Shown piece after piece: positions 1 through 14,237 of a DNA stretch of 64,000 bases; position 1 is the first letter of the stretch, and each line of letters opens with the position of its first letter. The notes beneath the pieces were generated by a model. That model ran no database searches, was not told where the DNA came from, and saw only the letters and a program-made list of their open reading frames with translations. The stretch is from the human T2T-CHM13v2.0 reference genome, Homo sapiens, in NCBI RefSeq assembly GCF_009914755.1, contig NC_060934.1; one strand, given 5' to 3'. Both the position numbers and the translations under genes were made by a program.

Positions 1-645
1 CATTCATCCAGTGTTAGTGGCAACATAATAGAAGCAGGTGGAAATAACAAATATTTTTTATCATCCACTTCTACACATCCTCCTGGTTCAGGGCCTAAAT
101 AGCAAGTGTTTATTCCTGGTAAGTACATTATCTTCTTGAAATGATATATTTTGCTTTTAAGTGGTATTACAGTGAGCTAGAAGTTATAATACATTCCCAT
201 TATGCATCTAATATTTATTTGAATGTACCCATTGATAAGATACCATACTTATATATCAATGTTTCATAATTCTTTAAAATGGATGGATATAAAGATTAAG
301 ATACATTTAAAGATAACAAATCAATATTAGTGAAGTTATTTTGTTAAGGCTGAATATAATGTGCTGAATATTCAGACATCTACATAAAAGGGAAATCTGT
401 GGTTCTGTGTTCTGCCTCAGGAGGTAGAAAAAGGATGGATAGATATAGATAGATAGTGAATGGTAAGAAATCAATGGACCAAACAACGATCTGCAAATCA
501 TGGTTGGTTATGAAGTGTCTTGCAAGTAATATGTTCTTCTTCACTGTTAAGGTAGCTGATAATTTTTTGCAGTTGCTCTTCAATAAACCACTATTATTCA
601 CTCTCAGTTTAAGTAGTTCTACTGAGTAGAATTTACGTTGCAGCT

Positions 646-1409
<764 letters not shown>

Positions 1410-3021
1410 GAAAATTGGTACTAGGAGTGGGGCATTGCTATAAAGATGCCTGAAAAGGTGGAAGCAACTTTTGGAACTGTGTAATGGGCAGAGGTTGGCA
1501 TAGCTGGGGGGCTCAGAAGAAGACAGGGAAATGAGAGAAAGTTTGGAACTTCCTAAAGACTTGTTGAATGGTTATGAACAAAATGCTGATAGTGATATGG
1601 ACAATAAAGTCCAGGCTAAGGTGGTCTCAGATGGAGATGAAAAAGTTATTGGGAAACGGAGCAAAGATCACTCTTGCTATGCTTTAGCAAAGAGATTGGT
1701 GGCATTGTGCCCCTGATCTAGAGATCTGCAGAACTTTGAACTTAAGAGAGATGATTTAGGGTATCTGGCAGAAGAAATTTCTAAGCAGCAAGGCATTCAA
1801 TATGTGGCCTGGTTGCTTATAAAAGCCAATGCTCATTTAAATAAGTAAAAACAACTTATATTTAAAAGGGAATGAGATCATAAAAGTTTGGAAAATTTGC
1901 AGCCTGACCACGTGGAAGAAAAAAAAAATTTCTGGGGAGAAATTCAAGCCCACTGCAGAAATTTATATAAGTAAAGAAGAGCAGAATATAAATAGCCAAG
2001 ACAATGGGGAAAATGCCTCCAGGGCATTTCAGGGACCTTTGTGGCAGCCCCTCCCATCACAGACCTGGGGACCTAGGAGAGAAAATGGTTTCATGGTCCA
2101 GGCCCAGGGACTTGCTGCTCTTTGCAGCCTCAGGACATAGCACCCTGCATCCCAGCTGCTCTAGCTCCAGCCGTGGCTGAAAGGTCCCAAGGTACAGCTC
2201 AGGCCATTGCACCAGGGGGTGCAAGCCCTAAGCCTTAGTGGCTTCCACATGGTGTTGGGCCTTCGGGTGCACAGAAAGCAAGAATTAAGGTTTGGTAGCC
2301 TCCACCTAGATTTCAGAGGATGTATGGAAATGCCTCGATGTTCAGGCAGAAGTCCATTGCAGGGGTGGAGCCTTCATGGAGAACCTCTACTAGAGCAGTG
2401 TGGAGGGGAATGTGGGGTTCGTGTCTCTACACATTGTCCCCACTGGGGAACTGGCTTGTGGACCTGTAAGAAGAGGGCTACCATCCTCTAGACTCAGAAT
2501 GGTAGATCCACTGCCAGCTTGCACTGTACACTTTGAAAAGACACAGGCACTCAACACTAGCTCATGAAAACATTCATGGGGAATGTACCCTGCAAAGCAA
2601 CATGGAAGGAGCTGTCCAAGGCCTTGGGGGCCCGTCCTTTGCATCAGTGTGGCCTAGATGTAAGACATGAAGTCAAATGAGATTATTTTGGAGCTTTACA
2701 ATTTAGTGACTGCCCTGCTGTGTTTTGGACTTGCAAGGGGCCTGTAGCCTCTTTATTTGGGCCAATTTCTCCTGTCTGGAATGGAATCATTTACCCAATG
2801 CCTGTAGCCTCATTGTATCATGGAAGTAAGTAATTTGAACTTGTGTTTTATTTTACAGGCTCATAGGTGGAAGGGAATTGCCTTGTCTCAGATGAGACTT
2901 TGGACTTGGACTTTTGAGTTAATCCTGGAACGAGTTAAGACTCTGGGGGACTTTTGGGAAGGCATGAATGTGTTTTGAAATGTAAGAAAGACATGAGCTT
3001 TGGGAGGGGCCAGGAACAGAA
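1410..3021 (+). mobile_element. MaLR internal region (MST-int/THE1-int) with a decayed ORF
   Basis: About 1.6 kb between the LTRs. The ORF fragment at 1531-1716 (MRESLELPKDLLNG...VVSDGDE...CYALAKRLVALCP) matches the typical MaLR internal ORF remnant. Confidence 0.9.
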
Positions 3022-3398
3022 TGATATGGTTTGACTCTATTTCCCCACCCAAATCTCATGTTGAATTGAAATTTCTAGCGTTGAAGGAAAGACCTGGTGG
3101 GAGTTGACTGGATTATGGGGGCAGATTTCCTCCTTGCTGTTCTGATGAGAGTGAGTTCTCATGAGATTTGGTTGTTTGAAAGTGTGTAGTGCTCTCCACT
3201 TCACTCTCTCTCCTGCCTCACCATGTTAAGGTATGTGGGCTTCCCCTTCCCCTTCTGCCATGATTATAAGTTTCCTGAAGCCTCCCTGCCATGCTTCCTG
3301 TAAAGCCAGTGAAACTGTGAGACAATTAAACCTCTTTTCTTCATAAATCACCCACTCTCAAGTAATTCCTTATAGCAACATGAAAACAGACTAATACA
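3022..3398 (+). mobile_element. 3' LTR of the MSTA-type MaLR
   Basis: TGATATGG...ATTAAACCTCTTTTC...GACTAATACA, 377 bp. Confidence 0.92.
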
Positions 3399-3449
3399 GA
3401 GGTCTAGAGATTGATTAATGACCTAGGTATGATATACTTCATTTCGTAT

Positions 3450-3800
3450 CCTTAGTATAGTGACTGGTTGAGCAACAACACATAACCTGAGGCCAAACAA
3501 TGAGTTCCTTAGAAAACGAAAGATTTCAGGAAATTATTACTCTTTCTGCTAAGTAGCTACACTGATAGAATATAAGGCTGGAAATATCAGAAGCTACTTT
3601 TGTCACACAAGGTAAAGAAGACCTCCATACTCCCTAAAAATGAAGTCACTGGGGTCACGCAGAGCCTGAAGATGAATAAATCACATAATAAGATGATCTG
3701 AATCATTAATTCAAGCCATGCAAGAACCAGCCTTACTCCTGTTTCAGTTATGCATACTAGTTTAAGTTGTGTTTCTGTTACTTGCAATTGAGGGGGGAAA
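3450..3800 (+). mobile_element. Old ERVL/MaLR LTR fragment (MLT1/LTR16-like)
   Basis: Ends in GTTTCTGTTACTTGCAATTGA, resembling the 3' end of old ERVL-MaLR LTRs; highly diverged. Confidence 0.5.
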
Positions 3801-4849
3801 AAACCCAAAATGTAGGAGAAAATATTGCTAATGATTTATTATATAAGCACCTTAAATTATGTCAATTGCATCATTATTGTCATTTACTTCTTCCCCTAAT
3901 GACTTGTACACTGGATGAGAATGTAGAATTTAAGGTCTTCCAGGAACACCTATGAAAGACTGAAATTGTTGTGGATGCTTTGGCAGAAAGATATCAAGGA
4001 CTTTTGCTCTGATGTAGTGGTTGTCTACTGCTGGTCCACATACTATTGATGTTCATTGATGACATTCCACTGATACGTGAAAACGTGGGAAAATAGATTA
4101 TCAGATGAGTTATTCACAAAGTCAAATGCATTCACTTGGAAGAGCTCCCTTTCCTTCTCAGATTATGACTTCTAAGCTTTTTTGGTGGAATACTGCTTTT
4201 TCTTTTTTAAATGAAATAATACCTTTAATAAATAGGTTTGTTTGTCTACTTTACAATGTGCTTTTTTAAAATTTTGCATAATAAAAGGCCAGTTTTTCTG
4301 TGCTGCACTTTCAAAGAATTTAAAGTTTTTCATTTTTTCCCCCTAGGTTTAGAAAATTCTGGGATAAACTGCTTGTAGTAATTTCCTTGAAAGTGTTTAT
4401 GGTATCACAGCTGTCACTAGAGATTTTAACCAACCATCTGAAGTGAATTATTCTCTAAAGATAATGCTGAGAGACTAGTATTAAGCCATTTGCTGAATTA
4501 AAGATAGAAAAATTTTGAACGGATGAAAGCTACCAATGTATGGAGCTTCTGAAAGCCATGATTACCAGGGGCTGCTGTGGCTTCTGTAGTGTTATTGGAA
4601 ACTTCATCTACGCAGAGCCAGTATAAATGACCTCCAAGATGGCGAGTCAAAAAGCAGCCACGGGGAAATACTTTTGCCAGGATTTGTAGCTGCTAGGGTA
4701 GAGACAGCAAATAAAAGACATGCTTTTCTCCCTTCCATCACCCATGGCAGATATAGCTAATTTTAAACCATGTGTTGTGCAAAGATGAATACTACTTCCC
4801 ATTATAGGCCTAAAGATAATATAGTGCTCCAGTTACAAGGTATGTGCCT

Positions 4850-5700
4850 TTCTGCTTCAAACACACTGTTTATACATTTCTCTGTGATGCTGGAGCGGAA
4901 CACTGCAAACCACATTTCTATTCATTAATTGCCTCCACCTATTGAAGAAAGGAGGTAGGGGGAGAAGGCAAGTTTGAAAGAGACAAATGGACACTCTCCT
5001 TGTTTGCGTTCATTTCTTGTCCATGTCACTCTACTTGATGTGGTTTGGCTCTGTGTCCCCACCCAAACTTTATCTTGAATAGTAATCCCCCCGTGTCAAG
5101 GGAGGGACCTAGTGGGATATGAAGAAATCATGGGTTTCCCCCATGCCGTTTACATGATAGTGAGTTCTCACAAGATCTGATGGTTTTATAAGTGTTTGGA
5201 AGTTCCTGCTTCGCTATTCTCTCTCCTGCCTGCTGTGAAGAAGGTGCTTGCTTTCTCTTCCACTTCCACCATAATTGTGTGAGTTTCCTAAGGCCTCCCA
5301 GGCCATCTGGAACTGTGAGTCAATTAAATCTCTTTCCTTCATAAATCATCCAGTCTTGGGTATTTTATAGCAGTGTGAAAACACATACTTAACAATGCTT
5401 CTAGTTCCTTACAATACCATCAATTCAATCTCATTAAGAGTTTTACAGATAAAAATCAGTCTTATCATGCCCCTCTGAGATACCAGCGCCAGCATGCCCT
5501 AGTGCCCTCCTGAAAGGCTTGGACTCTAGCTCCTCCTGGACTCTTCTTGGTTCTGAGAAATATCAAACAGTGTCCTTTTTCAAAGGGATGAGTGTCAGCT
5601 CTGTAGGGCTTCTCTTTTACACTTCTAATTCCATAAATTCTACAACTTCCATTTGTTTTCTCAGCCTTAAGGATAGTAGCTGATTTCTGGATTATTATTA
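4850..5700 (+). mobile_element. LTR33-like ERVL LTR interrupted by THE1D
   Basis: TGTGATGCTGG...CTGCAAACCACATTTC left of THE1D and CTTCCATTTGTTTTCTCAGCCTTAAGGATAGTAGCTG right of it resemble LTR33. Confidence 0.55.
5036..5385 (+). mobile_element. THE1D solo LTR
   Basis: TGATGTGGTTTGGCTCTGTGTCCCCACCCAAA...GTGAAGAAGGTGCTTG...GGAACTGTGAGTCAATTAAA; TACT on both flanks. Confidence 0.9.
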
Positions 5701-5759
5701 TTATTACTATTATTATAACAATATTATGAGTTCTGATATCTCAGAAGTGTATTAATCTC

Positions 5760-5890
5760 TCATATCTTACATATATATTTAATCCTCACAATAATGCTAC
5801 GTGGAGAGTCCTATTATTACCCATATTTTTAAAGATAAAGGAAATGAAACAGAAAATACGATATTTGACTTGCCTGTGGTGAGATGTGAG
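5760..5890 (-). mobile_element. MIR fragment
   Basis: TTTAATCCTCACAATAA...TATTATTACCCATATTTT...GGAAATGAAACAG core. Confidence 0.7.
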
Positions 5891-6320
5891 TCATCAGAAG
5901 CCGACATTAGGAACAGCAGTGGGGAATGTTAAAAAAGGAAGGCTTCCTTGCTCAGAAATCACTAGACTTTTCTGTCATCTCAGAATAATCCTCTGGTATA
6001 AACAACTGTGGGTCAGAGAGGGGCCATGGTAGTTGGCTAGTAGTAATCCTTTAAATATCTTTCTCATTAAATAGAGATAAATATTTTCCCAAGAAGACTA
6101 AGTAGATTGGACATTTCCAAAACTTTGGAAAGATTCCTAATATCCACTGGAGAGCATAGCCTGGGATAAAGATGATTTCTACCTCTATTGTACCAAATTT
6201 TTAAAAAGTGTTCTACTCAATTATGGCCACCTGTTTCTACCCCAAATTTCTCCTTTCTAAAGTGCTGTGTTATTTACTGTGATTCTAAGAGATTTGGTGG
6301 TTAAAATGCAATACATTTCA

Positions 6321-6450
6321 GCTGGGCTTGGTGGTGCATGCCTGTAATCCCAGCAATTTGGGAGGCTGAGGCAGGTGGATTGCATGAGTCCAGGAGTTTG
6401 AGATCAGCCTGTGCAACATAGTGAGATCCTGTCTCTATTTTTATTTAAAA
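6321..6450 (+). mobile_element. Free left Alu monomer (FLAM)
   Basis: Single monomer GCTGGGCTTGGTGG...GGAGTTTGAGATCAGCCTG...GTCTCTA followed by AT-rich sequence. Confidence 0.85.
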
Positions 6451-6454
6451 AATT

Positions 6455-6800
6455 AATTTATAAACATTATATATAGTGCATTTATTATATATCATATACT
6501 TATATTTTATAATGTAATATATTAAATGTGTAATTTAAATATTTAATATATTTAAAGGATTTTATACTAATATATTTATTTTACATATTTAATATACTCA
6601 AGGGTTTTAAATATTTAATATATTCAAGGAAGACTTTTAAATATTTAATATATTGAAGGAAGTGTTTAATGTATTGAATTTTATGTATATATACACATAT
6701 ATACATATACAAATATACACATTTGTTTACATATACACACATGTATATATATACATATGTACGTGTATATATACATATAATGCAATACATTAAATATAAA
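6455..6800. repeat. AT-rich low-complexity block with a degenerate ~30-bp minisatellite and (TA/CA)n
   Basis: TTTAAATATTTAATATATT(C/G)AAGGA recurs 3-4 times at 6534-6680, followed by TATATACACA-type repeats. Confidence 0.8.
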
Positions 6801-7179
6801 ACTCTTCCTTGAATCTCAGCATAGTTATTGGTAGTTTGGAAGTGCTTATGCCATTACCATTTATAAATGCAGTGCTAATATCTTCATTTCAATTATCCTT
6901 AGAAAAGGCTACTATACCTTGTCCATATAAAATCTTATTGATCAAATATTACCAAGGAGCATGATCTGCTAAAGGTCTATAAGACCCAGTTAAATGGCTC
7001 CAGAAAATCTAAATTTGCAAAGGCTGGAGAGATCTTAACTTCAGAGAGAAAATTGAGTCAGGAATGCACAACTTTTGTGGACTCCAACATACACTGCAAA
7101 CAGTCACTGGTATCTTTTAATAGTATGAAAATAAAAAATCTTTATCAAGGACTCAGACTGTCATAGCTATCATTCTAAG

Positions 7180-7290
7180 TATGAATCATGTTTAATTTTT
7201 TACAACAGTTCTACGTGGTGAGTACTATTATATCCACATTTTACATACTAAGAAAACTCAAATTTAAAACTATCTGAGACCCACACAGTT
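7180..7290 (-). mobile_element. MIR fragment
   Basis: GTACTATTATATCCACATTTTACATACTAAGAAAACTCA core. Confidence 0.6.
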
Positions 7291-8148
7291 ATATTATTTT
7301 TTCAAATAACAATGCTTGGATTAAATCTATTAAATAATTTTTAGAATTATAATGCCAACAGATTTTTCTACACAAATTTGGCTTTTTTCTGTTTTGTAAA
7401 TATTTGTTTGTTCTCTGGAAGTTGGTTGAATAAACAGGCTCCTCAGATATCCTCAGATCTTACTTCCAAGCAAGCCAACTATTTATATGCAATTATAAGA
7501 AGTATAGTTTCAAGAATTAGTATGATAGAGAAGTGATAAAAATAAAAGAAATATTAAAATAAACCACTTACGTAAGTTACAATAAATTCCAATTAACTCA
7601 GTATGAAATATTATTTTGCAAAGCTTATTTAATAAATTATTACAGATATCTATGATAATATAAACCTAAAGTATTTAGAATTCTCAATTAAAGCAATTAT
7701 AAGGCATCCCTCTGGAAATCGGTCTACTTATTCCTGGAAAACAGATTTCTACAAGAATCTGGACTCAGTAATAACAATGATAGCAACATATGTAGGACAT
7801 ATAATTATGTATTTTTACTGAGAATCTAATAGGAGATCTAATATATATATGTGTGTGTTCATATATACTTACATATATTTTCAAATATAATATTAGTTAA
7901 TAGTCTGTTGAAATATTTGATACACTACAATTTTTATATAATCCAATAATGAATGCAAGAAACAAGCAAAATTTTAAACATATTTTTGAGGACATTAGGT
8001 ATATTATTGCTTTCAAAATTTGTCAAGATTCGTAATATTACTGATAAGATACAGGATTCTTTCCTTCCTGTTTAATTGCTTACCACCCCCACCCTCAACA
8101 CACACACATAAGAAAGCATATTGCATGTATTTTGGTGTTTTTACCTTC

Positions 8149-8511
8149 CGTATTAGCCGTTTTCACGCTGCTGATAAAGATATAACTGGGACTGGGCAAT
8201 TTACAAAAGAAAGAGGTTTATTGAACTTACGGTTCCACATGGCTGGGGAGGCCTCACAGTCATCGCAGAAGGCAAGGAGGAGCAAGTCATATCTTACGTT
8301 GATGGCAGCAGGCAAAGAGAGAGCTTATGCAGAGACCCCTGTTCTTAAAACTATCAGATCTCGTGAGATCCATTCACTATCACGAGAACAGCATGAGAAA
8401 GACCCACCCCCAAGATTCAATGATCTCCCACTGGTTCCTTCCCACAACACGTGGGAAGTATGGGAGCTACAATATGCGATTTGGGTGGGGACACAGGGCC
8501 AAACCATATCA
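8149..8511 (-). mobile_element. THE1B solo LTR
   Basis: (C)GTATTAG...GGGGACACAGGGCCAAACCATATCA, 363 bp, with a perfect 5-bp TSD CCTTC (8144-8148, 8512-8516). Confidence 0.95.
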
Positions 8512-10077
8512 CCTTCGTAATTTTGAGATGACACATTATACAACCCTCCTAAAACTTGTAGGAAGGCTTATGATGAAAAACAGAAACAAAACAGATCAAA
8601 AGGAAATACTGATATTGCAAATTGCTTGGCAGTTTTTGTTTGTTTTTCAGATTTCAGCACTCCAAATCTGGAAAACTTAAAAATGTATGTATTTAATTTA
8701 AATGTCAAGTTGTGATCTAGCTTTTGCTTGGATGGAGTGATAAAAGATCACTACTTTTCCAAGTCTCTTTCCCATAAGTCAGGTATGGTGCACTCCACAG
8801 ACACTGATGGCAAATGCCATCATCTGGAAGGCTAATTTTAACCAGAAAAGTCTGGGTTAGTAGTTTTCTCTCAGCTTGTCTTTAGTTAGTTACTTAACTT
8901 GAGTTTCAGTGCAGGCTTGGGACTAAAGTAAAAAGAATTTTGTGGGTTTGAGGTCAGACTATGTGAACTATTGATTCTTTCTCTTCACAATTAACATCAC
9001 ATAATGCTATAATTAATATAAGTGCATTTAAAACTTAGACTACAACTTTAGACACATTTTGGAGCAGTCTGTTTTCCTATTCAAGTTGGTAATATCTACA
9101 TTTAAATACTTATATCACATATTAAATAATGAAATATCATTCTGATGTTGTTTGAAAATCAGAGGTCTTTAAATATCTGAGTACTTAAATATGGAATCAA
9201 AGTTATTGCCTGAATAAATAATTTTGAAATTTTGGAAAATAGGAAATTAAGCTAAAAGTAGATAGATATGATGAATGATTTTTGACCTCTTAAATAAATC
9301 TCATAAATGTGAATTTTTATACTAATTTGTGGACTTTTTTGATAGAGTTAGTCGGGTTCAGATCTCTCTATATTGATCTCTCTTTCTCTTTCTCTTTGTT
9401 TCTCTCTATATATATCAGAATACGCATAATATTTTCTCTCACACCCTTCTAACCCAAGAATCAAGTAATAATCATCAAATTAAGCACCTCAGAGACTCTT
9501 TGCCATCAGAAGTCGGGAGTAATTACTTCTCTGAAAAACTTTGTTATTTATTAAATAGTAATTTAGCACTTACAACATGATGAATTTGCTTAATCATTTT
9601 TTGATATAGCAGGAATAAGACATATATATTCCATATCAATATGGAACTTGTATGCCATATGTTGAGACACATACAATTTAGTAGTATGGTTTTACATTAC
9701 ACTCTCCCCTAAATCTCAGTCTGCCCTAAACCTCAAGAGTATTCCCTAAACCTCAGAAGACTGAAGCGTATTTGCCTAAATTAGTAGTTGTCAGGCCCGA
9801 GTAACCACTATGCATTTCACATTGCTAAGAATGGCTCCGTTATTTAGCCAGTCAAGCCTAGAAACTCTGAATTTGTTGTGGCCCAAGTAGTCTTAATGCC
9901 GAATTTCTGATAGACTGATTGATTGACTACCAAGTTCTCTTTCAAATTACTAAAGTCATTAAGGGCACCAAATTAAAACATAGCTAAGCATTTTTCTACT
10001 CAGATAGTTATAATCAGTGGGAAGATATTTTTTCTTGTTTTTTTTGAAAATAAAATAGGTTCAAATTAATACATACA

Positions 10078-10381
<304 letters not shown>

Positions 10382-10929
10382 AAATTAATAGATACAGATA
10401 TATATTTTTAACTCATGGGATTTATTGTAATGAATGAATAAAAGATGCTTGAATATTCTATAATTTCACAGTATTCTTTTGCTTACTTTCTTGGCAGAGA
10501 TGTAAAAACATATTGATTATATAGAGTAGATACTTATTTTGTAGAAATAAAAGTGTATGGAGAAATCTTTGCAGATGTATTTATCAATATAAATGGAAGA
10601 ACATTTGTTGCCCACTAAATAAATAAATATTGGAGATATTTCCATACAAGTGTTCTGCTTATCAAAAGAAAACAAAATCAAAACGCTTGTTCCATCCTTT
10701 GTTGCCCTTTAGCTGCCACTGTGTTATCTCCACAAGTATGATCTTGTAAAGAGTCATCTCTGGATTCAAACTTTTTCCACTCAACTCTCATTCTTCTCAT
10801 ACCACAACCTGCTTCCCACCTCTCACATTCACCTCCCCCCACATACTCTAAACTTAGTAATTTCAATAACCTTCTATGTCTTTGCTTTCAACTTGCTCAT
10901 ATTTCTCCAACATTTTCCAGGTAATTCTC

Positions 10930-10987
10930 AATTTTAGAATATCTTTTCCCAATATTGGGAAAAAGAGGGAAAAGATATTCTAAAATT
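10930..10987. repeat. Perfect 21-bp inverted repeat with a 16-nt spacer and a nested 20-bp palindrome
   Basis: AATTTTAGAATATCTTTTCCC (10930-10950) is the exact reverse complement of GGGAAAAGATATTCTAAAATT (10967-10987). TTTTCCCAATATTGGGAAAA (10944-10963) is self-complementary. Confidence 0.95.
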
Positions 10988-11189
10988 CCCTTCTCACTTA
11001 TATAGATGTAGGACTCCTTAGCCAGGAATACTGCTACTCCTTTATCAAATCATACACTTTTTTTGTCTGCCGGCTTTTCACATATTTGCTCCTATTCAAA
11101 TTTCCTTTCCTACATACCCCTGGGATGCCTTCCATGATTATGAAGTAGGTGCTTAAGGAAGCTTGACAAAATGAATTGTTTAAAACCTA

Positions 11190-12480
11190 TTATTTAGTTA
11201 TTTAACAATATTGTTGACAAGTTACTATATACCATGCACTATTTTAGGTACTATGAAGGAAACAACATACATGCTCCCTTATATCAAGGAGATACAGTAT
11301 ACTTGGGCAAGTAAAAGGAAATAATGAACTAAATTAAAATTACAACTGTAATAAGCACTATGGAGATGGGAAATAGTAACATGGGTCCATTTATAACACA
11401 AATATCTGTTATATTCTGGGGGACTGAAGGTTTTCTTAAGGAAGTGACATTTGAACTGAGATAGAAACAAATCATATAAACAGGATAAAAAAGAAAAGCG
11501 TCAAGTGAGAAGACTGTTAAATGATGATGAATTTACACAGGCAAAGAAAGACCTTGTAACATGATACATTCAAGGCACTGAAACAACAGAGTGGAGGCTG
11601 GTGGAATGTGTAAAGGAGATGGAGACAGGATTGTGGCTTCTGTAGAAGTGGCTTGAACTGAGATGATGCAGAACCTTAAAAACTGTCTTTTATTCTAAGA
11701 GCAATGAAAAGACATCAGATGATTCTGAAGAGAGAGATGACTTGAAAATATGTACTTTAAATCCATCACTCTAACATATTTGTGAACAATGGAGAGTAGG
11801 ACTCAAGGACAGATACAAGGAGACAAGTAAGGAGGCTATTGTACTGGTCTATGGTAAAGGACGATGTGAGCACAAGTGAAGGTGATGGATGAGGACGTGA
11901 GGAAAAGTGGACAAATTAAAGATAATGGAGGGGTGGGATAAAAACTGTCATAACTTAGTATTGGTTTGGACATATGAAAATGAGGGAGGAAATAATCCAG
12001 GACCACTCCTGGGTATTTTGTTTGTGCAGTGGATGAATAAATGATTCTATTCATTGATATACATAATGGTGGAAAAGAACTAGACTAATAGAATTGAGAG
12101 TTGAGAAGGGGCATGGGAGAGATTATAAATTATGTTTTTTAAATAACATGAGTTTTAGTGTTTGAGATTAATTAGTGAAAATACCAATTTAGTATCTGGA
12201 TATAAGCACTATGCTCAAAAAAGCGATCCATGCTAAAGATTTGTATGTGTGATTCATGCATATGTTGTTGGTAGTAAAATCATGGATCAGATATCCTAGA
12301 AAATAAGGAGACAGAGGAGGAACAAGTGAAAAGATTCTAGAACTAAGCCTTGAAGAAATTCAAGTTTAATATGATAGAAGAATGAGTGTGCAAGAAATTA
12401 AGAAAGAACAGCCTAAGAACTATGAGAAGAACCAGGAAAGCTATCATAGAAGCCAAAAAAGAGGGGTTTTGGGAAGAGGC
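11190..12480 (-). mobile_element. L2 LINE fragment(s)
   Basis: Inverted L2 3' end (TATTTAACAATATT...TACTATATACCATGCACTATTTTAGG) followed by purine-rich L2 body motifs (GGAAGTGACATTTGAACTGAG, GTAAGGAGGCTATTG). Confidence 0.75.
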
Positions 12481-12967
12481 ATAAATTTCAAAAGCTTAAA
12501 AATGAAGAAAAAAACACAAGGAAAATGAGATCCAGAAAAAAAATCAATTGAGATAAATGAATGTAATTACTAATCCAATTAAAATTTATAGTGTTACAGC
12601 AGATGATGCCACATTATACTATAGAGGACAGAGTCATGGGGTCACGAATAACAGAAAATTAAACCTAACAGCAAAAACAATCTTATAATCTAGAAGTTAA
12701 GGCACTTATGAAGTTTTTAACCCCAGAAAATAGTAGATAAATAAAAGTAAAATGAATACATATGTTAATTTTTTTGAAGAAAAGATCACTGAAGTATTTG
12801 AGGAAAGTATAAGAGACCACAACATTTAAAACATAATTTGAAGAACATAGACAATAGCAAAGGAAGCATAGACATCTGGTAGAAACGACCAACACATGAT
12901 ATCAGAACTAATGGGGAAATGGTGTAGTTGAAGCATGGAGGAATTTTGCGGGGGGAAAAAAAGCTAA

Positions 12968-13336
<369 letters not shown>

Positions 13337-14237
13337 TGACTGTAAATATAGAGTCCCTCTCCCTGTAACCCCCTTGAAACGTTTTTGATTTATCAGCAGA
13401 TAACTAATCAGAACATATTGATGTTTTTAAGAAGATTCCTCAGGGCAGCTTGAATGGAGGGAACAGAGACTAGCATCAGCCCAGCTAGCCTTAGAAATGG
13501 CAGGGTCAAGGTAATGAAGATGTGATGAAGGCAGTGGTAACAAGAATGAGACCAAAGGGGAAAGTGGGAGACAGCTTGAAGGAGAAAATGGAAGTCCTCT
13601 GTAAATAACTGGATAACATGGATGATAGGTTAATATTATAAAGGATGCCATATTTCAAGTGAATAGAATGCCCCACCAATACAGAAATGGAATTTAGAAA
13701 AAAGCCAGTAAATAGCCAATGTACAATTGATTAGCAACTGAGTGTTAAAACATAATGCTTTTTCTAATAAGAGCTTAAATTCTGTTGAAATGTAATCATT
13801 TGCATTTCCAATGATAAAACACACAAGGAAAGCTAGTAAACAATTCATTTGGAAAATATAAACATTTAGGGAAAAAGAAATTCACATAGAGCTATCAAAC
13901 TAGTGTTAAGTGCTTGGCTAACAGTTCAATACTGATTACTTTTCCTCTCTCTCTACCCAAATATTGCTTCTGAATATATGACCTTGAATATATTTGCAAA
14001 GGATGATTGATATTTCTAAATAGCATTAAGTGAAGTTATTTTCCACTCAAAGACCAAATATTAACATTTTCAGATTAAAATTATAAACCAAGAAGCCAAT
14101 AAAGCGGGCAGACACTAAATATATATAGACAAATTGACTTAAAGTGAACAAAGAAAGTTACTATAATGAGTTAACCCATAAGGAAAACCTACGTATATGT
14201 AAAACCTAGAAATTCGGACTTAAGTTATTTATAGAAA

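Noticed and set aside
6534-6680. Repeat-spacer-like array
   Set aside because: It is a degenerate AT-rich minisatellite without unique spacers, in eukaryotic DNA; not CRISPR-like.
8236-8256. PRDM9 hotspot motif in THE1B
   Set aside because: The - strand reads CCTCCCCAGCCAT, not the hot CCTCCCTNNCCAC version.
8410-8430. DUX4 site expected in MaLR LTRs
   Set aside because: Degraded here (TCATTGAATCT instead of TAATTGAATCA); no clean site was seen in the other MaLR LTRs.
8020-8680. 166-aa and 117-aa ORFs
   Set aside because: They are antisense read-throughs of the THE1B LTR and resemble no host protein that I recognise.
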